In this document: positions 58,260-64,000 of the stretch, in pieces
Layout: the number at the start of each line of letters is the position of its first letter
How positions within the stretch are numbered: the first letter of the stretch is position 1
Origin: a virus
Lineage: Duplodnaviria > Caudoviricetes
IMG/VR virus record: IMGVR_UViG_3300028591_000119
Coordinates: 1-64,000 of that record
Length of the DNA: 64,000 nt
Strand: one strand, 5' to 3'
Position numbers and translations under genes: made by a program
The notes under the pieces: model-generated
What the model was told of the DNA's origin: nothing
The model's input: only the letters and a program-made list of their open reading frames with translations
The model's database searches: none

Positions 58260-58886
58260 TTAAAGATCATTACCATCGATAAATACAGAATTTTCACCAT
58301 CAGAAATCAACGAGAAACATGATTCTGCTGTAGAAAGATTTTTATCACGTCCTTTAAGATAACATCGACCGATTTTAACAGGTGTTATACTTGAACCAGA
58401 ACCTTTAAATCCGTTAACAAGCACCAACTGTTGATTAGCTAAACCTGAAAGATCACTTGTGTTTCTCACAAAACGCATTTTCATAAGACCGATAACAACG
58501 CCGTCTTTTTCAATAACACGAAGATTGTTTGCTGGGATTTTAGATGTTTTATCACCTACTTCCATAGCATTAAACCACCAGTGTCCTGCACCAGAAACGA
58601 ATTTTCCTTTACTAGAATTGATCCATGATTTTACTTCTTCAAGAGAAGGAGAGTCATTTCCTACTTTTGCTTTAACTTTTGAAACGATACTGTCTGTCAT
58701 ATCTTTTACAGATTCAAATGTTCCAAGAGAAGTTATTTTATTGATAATAGTAGTCCAAACACTAGATGCACCAGCAGTTGCAACCAAATTAGTACCACGA
58801 GTAATAGAGCCAACAACATTAGCTTCTTGTGACTTCACTGAACCATTTTCTACACTAATAGTTACACCATTTACTTTAATTTGCAT
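58260..58886 (-). CDS. probable internal head protein with the same MQIKVNGVTISVEN leader and an unrelated body
   Basis: Identical leader with an SQE site; C-terminal STAES. Confidence 0.6.
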   Translation of the reverse strand: MQIKVNGVTISVENGSVKSQEANVVGSITRGTNLVATAGASSVWTTIINKITSLGTFESVKDMTDSIVSKVKAKVGNDSPSLEEVKSWINSSKGKFVSGAGHWWFNAMEVGDKTSKIPANNLRVIEKDGVVIGLMKMRFVRNTSDLSGLANQQLVLVNGFKGSGSSITPVKIGRCYLKGRDKNLSTAESCFSLISDGENSVFIDGNDL

Positions 58887-58899
58887 AATTTATTTTCCT
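58845..58899. repeat. 55-bp direct repeat, copy 2
   Basis: Matches 58106-58160. Confidence 0.93.
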
Positions 58900-58918
58900 T
58901 AATCAAGTAAAAGTATTT

Positions 58919-58953
58919 ATACTCTCCTCTCCTTGATTAAAAGAGGAGAGTAT
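58919..58953 (-). terminator. terminator-like hairpin
   Basis: ATACTCTCCTCT...AGAGGAGAGTAT. Confidence 0.7.
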
Positions 58954-58973
58954 ATTATATGTATCGGTTGATA

Positions 58974-61223
58974 TTAAAAACCGACCATATTCATAAATTT
59001 ATTAAGATTATCGTTTTCATTATATGAATCAAATAAACCGAATGCTTCAGCTGTTTTATAAACAGTTGTCATCAATCTTGATTTCCATTCAATGTTTTTC
59101 TTTTCTTCATTAGATAATGAAACTCCGTTAATCCCATCTTCACAACCATGAGCCATGATAGATTCTTTACTCATTGTTATGATAAATTTCTCATATGGAG
59201 TAGGAACAACATCTGTAACGTCTTCCTGGTTAGTAATTGCTTTGATAATAGTCATTTCGTCATCGTTGAGTTCACGACACCAAAGCTTTTCAAACTTATC
59301 CTTAACACGTTTAACTACAGTTTCATTGATTTCAATGTTACTCTTATCACCAATATTTTCTTCCCAAACTTTAATCTTATAGTCCGTTATGAAATTAGGT
59401 GAAATTGCTTTCTGGAAATTCATCTTACTGAGATCAATAATACCATATGCTTCTTTCTTAACATTTTCATCATTATAATTAAGCATGTTATGATAGAATA
59501 CATTTTCACGACTTTCAAGATCGTTAACTATTGTTGTATCAGGATTATCTTTTCTATCACAGTATTGACGCAATTGAACTATATCAAATGCGTTAGAATA
59601 TACATTTTCTTTCGATGTATATGGTCTAACTGTAGGTGATACGTGTTTACGATGATAAACGAATCTTTCGATAATGTTTCTAGCAATAGCGAAAGTATTT
59701 TCGTTTGCACGAATAAGTCCTTGCGGAGTTAATCCGATATCATTCAATGTCTTAGTATACATATCTGCGTTAGATAAAGATTCAGCAATAACTGCTCCAT
59801 ATCTATTTATCTTTTCATTGATAATGCTCTGAGATTCCTCAGATATACCGTGTGCCTGTTTAGTAGCAAGTTTTAATCCGTCTAAACGAATTTTCATTTC
59901 AGCTTTAACGTCACCTACTGCATTTACACATTCTGAAGACAACGTATTAACATCTGGAAGTTCCATAGCTTCAAATGTTCTAGGATGTAAAGGAATACGT
60001 TTTTCAGATAAACTTCTAGCATTGTAGAGATTAAGATTTTCTTTACCAAGATTAGCGCCATTGATATTGATAGTAATTCCACCAGAATTGCTATTGTTGT
60101 TTCCTGGAGCTCCAGAGTCAGTTGTTCCTCCTTCGCCAGAATCCATACCCATATCGTCTGTAGCACCCATATCATCTGTTCCAGTGCCATCGTCTAATCC
60201 ATCGGTACCATCATCTGTACCCATATCAGAAGTATCGTCACCTGTATCTTCTATTCCAGTATCATCAGTTGTTACATCTTCGGCATTTTCGCCTACTTCA
60301 GAAGAATCAATTTGACCGCCAGCACCATTGTCTTTTCCAACATCACCGTTATCAACAATACCGTCATCTCCACCTATAGATGGATCTGCTGGAGCATCAG
60401 TATTTTCATCTGTACTCGTATCATTGTCACCAGTGAATGTTTGGTCTGAACCAAGACCATCGTCTGTATCGTATAATTGTTCATCGTCCTGATTTTCATC
60501 AGTATTTCCAGCTAATCCATCGTCACTAGTATCTGCTAATGTATCTTCAGGATTAATTCCAGTTCCATCATCCGTTCCGTTTTCATCTGGTGGATTATCA
60601 GGATCTTGATACTGATCATCAGGAGGAGCTATTTCATTCTTGTAATCTATTATTTCTTGTGTAGTACCTTCAACTAATTCATTTTTAGCTTCAGTTTCTT
60701 CAATAGCATCTTTAACGTCGTTCTTGATGCGTTCGATAACATCATCCACAGCTTCAATAGACATAAGATATTTCATATCTTGTGTAAAACGTTTAGAAAT
60801 ATCCTGATTCTCAAAAGATTTAGTATCCGCAAAAGCATTTTCACATGCTATATTTAAAGACACGTGATCCTGATTTACTTTACCTAATCTAATTCGATTG
60901 ATCAACTTCTGCTGTCTATAATCAGACTCTAAAGATACTGACTCAGAAATACTATTAACCATAGAAGTAAATAGATTACCTGTATCAAATTGTCCAACGT
61001 GACCGAACGAATCAACCATATTCTTAGATATATCACTCAATACAGTCGTGAATTTATCTTTAAATTCTGGATTATCTATCTTTTCACGTTCACCTTCTTT
61101 TAAAGGAATAGACTTTGTGACTATATTTCTGAAACAGTCATTTATCAAATTCTCTTTAAAAGCTTTTTCGAAAGCAGTTTTAGTTGCTTCTATTTTAGAT
61201 ATACTGTTGGCGTTTAAATCCAT
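58974..61223 (-). CDS. probable head scaffolding / inner-body protein with long acidic D/G/T-rich linker
   Basis: Many candidate cleavage sites (SLE, ACE, SFE, SIE, GKE, AME, SEE, SKE, GCE); ~200-aa acidic disordered linker; late-type motif AACATTATTATG at 61256-61267. Confidence 0.5.
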   Translation of the reverse strand: MDLNANSISKIEATKTAFEKAFKENLINDCFRNIVTKSIPLKEGEREKIDNPEFKDKFTTVLSDISKNMVDSFGHVGQFDTGNLFTSMVNSISESVSLESDYRQQKLINRIRLGKVNQDHVSLNIACENAFADTKSFENQDISKRFTQDMKYLMSIEAVDDVIERIKNDVKDAIEETEAKNELVEGTTQEIIDYKNEIAPPDDQYQDPDNPPDENGTDDGTGINPEDTLADTSDDGLAGNTDENQDDEQLYDTDDGLGSDQTFTGDNDTSTDENTDAPADPSIGGDDGIVDNGDVGKDNGAGGQIDSSEVGENAEDVTTDDTGIEDTGDDTSDMGTDDGTDGLDDGTGTDDMGATDDMGMDSGEGGTTDSGAPGNNNSNSGGITININGANLGKENLNLYNARSLSEKRIPLHPRTFEAMELPDVNTLSSECVNAVGDVKAEMKIRLDGLKLATKQAHGISEESQSIINEKINRYGAVIAESLSNADMYTKTLNDIGLTPQGLIRANENTFAIARNIIERFVYHRKHVSPTVRPYTSKENVYSNAFDIVQLRQYCDRKDNPDTTIVNDLESRENVFYHNMLNYNDENVKKEAYGIIDLSKMNFQKAISPNFITDYKIKVWEENIGDKSNIEINETVVKRVKDKFEKLWCRELNDDEMTIIKAITNQEDVTDVVPTPYEKFIITMSKESIMAHGCEDGINGVSLSNEEKKNIEWKSRLMTTVYKTAEAFGLFDSYNENDNLNKFMNMVGF

Positions 61224-61286
61224 ATTAAACTCCTATTAATTGTATAAATTTTAATCATAATAATGTTTTATTAGGAAAAAAATAAA

Positions 61287-61318
61287 AAATAACTAGGAGA
61301 CTGTTCTCCCAGTTATTT
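61287..61318 (-). terminator. intrinsic terminator
   Basis: AAATAACTAGGAGA-CTGT-TCTCCCAGTTATTT followed by a T tract on the minus strand. Confidence 0.75.
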
Positions 61319-61320
61319 AT

Positions 61321-61512
61321 CTAACAATGAACAACAGTACCGGGTTTTATACCATCTTTTTCATTCTGCTTTAACAAATTTAAAGCAGTCTCAAATGTTG
61401 AACCTTGTTCAACTGCCAATTTAGCTGCTTCTGCTACCTGTTGTTTTGTAAATTTCTTCCGAATTTTTTTCGGAAGTTTATCATATAAGTCCATAAATTT
61501 CTTATCTGTCAT
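61321..61512 (-). CDS. hypothetical protein (63 aa)
   Basis: AGGAGG RBS and a downstream terminator. Confidence 0.75.
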   Translation of the reverse strand: MTDKKFMDLYDKLPKKIRKKFTKQQVAEAAKLAVEQGSTFETALNLLKQNEKDGIKPGTVVHC

Positions 61513-61568
61513 ATATAGACCTCCTATCAGTAGTATAATATAAACATGAAATATTGATTATATTAAAT

Positions 61569-63503
61569 TTACATATCGATTTTGCCACTGATTGATTGAT
61601 CGAATTGTATATTGTTTCTAGCATAATCTTTAAGTTTATTGGTGACGTTATTAAAATTAACAAAATTTGACAACGGAAGCTTACCGTCTAATTTTATTTC
61701 TTCATCAGTTTCAATATAAACACAGTTATCAGATACTTGTTTGTGCATTATCTTTGATAATACACCATTATGTTCAGGATCGGCATATATACCAACATTT
61801 CGTAGTTTTGAAGGATCTATCTTATAAATATATAATTTTTCACCACCTAAAAGTTGAGTTAGTATATTTTCAGAATCAATACTATCGATGCCTATTTTAT
61901 TAACGAATCGTTTAAAAAACATCTTATTATAGATCCTTATAAATTCATATATTCCTTCATCAGATATAGGGAATCCATTTTTCATAGCTGGATATTTGGC
62001 TGCATATATTCTGAGTTTATTTCCTTTGGTTATAATGCTCTGACCTAAATCACCTTGACCTCCCATTCCTTCACTATTACCTATAGTAGGGCTTATCTCT
62101 GTTAGATTACTTGAATATGATGTGTGATACAATGTTTGTATATTACTCATATCTATTTTCTTTCTATTATCAACTACTATCTGACAAGTTATAAAGATAT
62201 CGCCGTTTCCTTCATATCCTGCTGAGAAATTATACATTGTCAATGCGGTATTGTTATTTATTTTACCTGTAAACATTTTGAGTTTATTACTTTTCTTCAT
62301 AAAGATATCTAAGAATTCACCATACAAAGTATTCATATCTCTATTCGTTACAGTCGATTTATTACCAGCATTAAAGTATGATATTAATTTATCAACTATT
62401 TCTCTCAAGCGTTTATATTCGTCATCTGTAAAAGTGTTTTTACTTAACAATACTTTACGTAAATCTATACAATATGTATCAAGATAACGTTTAACTGATA
62501 CTCCTTTAACATACTCACCAACGCCAGCATCATCACCCAATATTCGAACATCGGCTTCTACGATTCTCGTAAGTTCAACGTATATTCTCACAATAGAACT
62601 AATATATCCTGTAACCAATGATGAATATAAACCTATTATCTTTTGTTGATGTTTCATGATATTAGTTTCTCTATCAACAACGCCATTATTTAATTCTGAT
62701 ATACATTTATCAAGTTTTCCGCCAATATCGTTTCCTAATTTAGATATTTGATCTAATTGTTTTATTCCTTTAAAATTCGAAATACATAATTTCACGTTAG
62801 TGTAAGTATTGCTATCGGTTGCTTCAACAAACAATTTTTGTTTCATAGCTTGTAAACTAGATATATATTCGCGCACATCTGATTCATTTAATCCGTCAGA
62901 TATAGCTTTAGTTATTAATTCACTAGACGTCTGTATATAATTTAAATTATTTTCTATATTAGCACAATTCGGTACACTCTTAATTCCCTCAAATACAGCA
63001 TATTGATTAATATTTCCAATATCTATAACAGATTGAATTACCTTTCCATTACCTAATAAATATCGTACACCTATATTAGTCTTCGACGACGGATTTATTA
63101 AATCATTTTTTATATTATCCGAATTCTGTTTGATAAAATTGTTGAATTTATTATTCTTTTGGTTTATCACATCAGGCGAAACATTTTCATCTATTTGTAT
63201 ATCTTTAATTTGATGTTTGTTAAACAATATTCCAAATATACGCTTGATAAATCCAATGAATTTATTAAATGCTCTCACAACTGCATCTTTTAATCGTTTA
63301 AAAAAATCAATTATTTTTTGTATAAAAGTCTTTTGATTATTTTGTTCATCAACGACTGATTCGGCACTCAATGTCATTGCTTCTTGTTGTATAATATTAA
63401 GCGCTTCTTGTGATTTATTGTAATCCATAACATGATCTATCAGTTCTTTCTTATCGTTTTTTATTTCAATAGTTGTACCTTTGACAGATATTTTTACATT
63501 CAT
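61569..63503 (-). CDS. internal head protein with C-terminal ADP-ribosyltransferase-like domain
   Basis: Leader MNVKISVKGTTIEIKN, SQE/SAE sites and amphipathic FIQKIIDFFKRLKD...FIKRIF; C-terminal LYHTS....LTEISP...RIYAA...YIYKID...VYIET. Confidence 0.5.
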   Translation of the reverse strand: MNVKISVKGTTIEIKNDKKELIDHVMDYNKSQEALNIIQQEAMTLSAESVVDEQNNQKTFIQKIIDFFKRLKDAVVRAFNKFIGFIKRIFGILFNKHQIKDIQIDENVSPDVINQKNNKFNNFIKQNSDNIKNDLINPSSKTNIGVRYLLGNGKVIQSVIDIGNINQYAVFEGIKSVPNCANIENNLNYIQTSSELITKAISDGLNESDVREYISSLQAMKQKLFVEATDSNTYTNVKLCISNFKGIKQLDQISKLGNDIGGKLDKCISELNNGVVDRETNIMKHQQKIIGLYSSLVTGYISSIVRIYVELTRIVEADVRILGDDAGVGEYVKGVSVKRYLDTYCIDLRKVLLSKNTFTDDEYKRLREIVDKLISYFNAGNKSTVTNRDMNTLYGEFLDIFMKKSNKLKMFTGKINNNTALTMYNFSAGYEGNGDIFITCQIVVDNRKKIDMSNIQTLYHTSYSSNLTEISPTIGNSEGMGGQGDLGQSIITKGNKLRIYAAKYPAMKNGFPISDEGIYEFIRIYNKMFFKRFVNKIGIDSIDSENILTQLLGGEKLYIYKIDPSKLRNVGIYADPEHNGVLSKIMHKQVSDNCVYIETDEEIKLDGKLPLSNFVNFNNVTNKLKDYARNNIQFDQSISGKIDM

Positions 63504-63524
63504 ATTTTTCCTCGTAGTTTTTGA

Positions 63525-63562
63525 AATTACCCCCCCCCGATATGATGGGGAGAGGGATAAAT
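63525..63562 (-). terminator. terminator-like hairpin
   Basis: Poly-C / G-rich imperfect stem directly after the stop codon at 63563. Confidence 0.5.
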
Positions 63563-64000
63563 TTATAATACCATTATAGAAATATTAGGTACAAATTTAA
63601 CATCATTATTTGTCAAATCCGAATTAGTTTCATCTATTACATTCTGAATACAAAGATATTCATTATCTATATTTTCTTCTAATGAATCTTCTTTATATAT
63701 AGTTTGACATTCTGTAGATTCGTAATTATTCAAACCATAATATTCAAAATATAATATAGATGGAACGTTTTGTTTAATATTATCTAGCATAGCATTAATG
63801 TTAAATTCTAGGGATTTATTATCTGTTTGTATATTCTTAACATAATCAATTATCTCTGTCTTAATTGTTTCTATCAAGAATTCGGTGTTCTTCTCAGTAA
63901 TATTATCTTCAAATTTTACACCTAATCTCAAACTGATAGCTAATGAATCAAGATATTGTTTCTCATAGGTTTTATTATTTTGAAAATAATAATATTTACT
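63563..64000 (-). CDS. 3' part of a structural (baseplate-wedge-like) gene entering from beyond the window
   Basis: The frame is open to the window edge (SKYYYFQNNKTYEKQYLDSLAISLRLGVKF...), so the TTG start in the ORF track is not the real start; I..IK..I..Y...YFEY.G.N.Y....Q.I pattern. Confidence 0.5.
   Translation of the reverse strand, partial: SKYYYFQNNKTYEKQYLDSLAISLRLGVKFEDNITEKNTEFLIETIKTEIIDYVKNIQTDNKSLEFNINAMLDNIKQNVPSILYFEYYGLNNYESTECQTIYKEDSLEENIDNEYLCIQNVIDETNSDLTNNDVKFVPNISIMVL

Noticed and set aside
45497-60315. Numerous 60-150 aa antisense ORFs in the ORF track
   Set aside because: They lie wholly opposite long genes, lack an RBS and have antisense-like composition.
63529-63538. 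Poly-C tract as a phase-variation site
   Set aside because: It is intergenic and pairs with the adjacent G-rich tract as a terminator-like stem.
1-64000. CRISPR array, tRNA or rRNA genes
   Set aside because: No regularly spaced repeat-spacer pattern and no cloverleaf or T-loop consensus seen by eye; a tRNA scan would be needed to exclude atypical tRNAs.
1-64000. Stop-codon reassignment (alternative genetic code)
   Set aside because: Genes up to 2.8k aa are uninterrupted in the standard code, and TAG/TGA stops coincide with terminators or gene junctions.
1-64000. Chimallin, PhuZ, major capsid, terminase or portal genes
   Set aside because: None recognised in this window, so nucleus formation cannot be claimed from this sequence.

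Overview
AT-rich, densely coding window read in the standard genetic code. It looks like part of a jumbo (phiKZ/AR9-PBS1-like) phage genome. Hallmarks are two stand-alone fragments of a split multisubunit RNA polymerase (beta-prime C-terminal part at 10726-12732, beta C-terminal part at 22733-23473), a prohead protease (31793-32704), several predicted internal head proteins carrying S/A-x-E maturation sites, baseplate/tail proteins, a 2.8k-aa tape-measure-like protein with an M15 peptidase, and two giant virion-type proteins with InlB B-repeat-like segments. Accessory genes include a sigma70-like factor, ThyX-like, CYTH, HD, SLT transglycosylase, amidase-like, C39-like, transglutaminase-like and DUF998-like proteins. 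Two promoter classes can be read from the sequence: a late-type RACAT-N5-TG and early-type TATATATT / ACGTTYATATTAT. About 20 intrinsic terminators are visible. The most unusual signal is a dispersed family of four genes whose products all end in the same tandem G[ILV][TM]P[FY]D tail: two PD-(D/E)XK nucleases, a dead-nuclease/DNA-methyltransferase fusion and a gene truncated at the window edge. The tail is nearly identical in DNA across three of the copies. Other leads are a shared N-terminal capsid-targeting-like leader on diverse cargo proteins (one with an ADP-ribosyltransferase-like domain), a ~400-nt structured non-coding region at 44.8-45.2 kb, and a 76-aa protein with an RNAP-active-site-like DLDGD motif. 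All family assignments come from motif recognition by eye; no searches were run.
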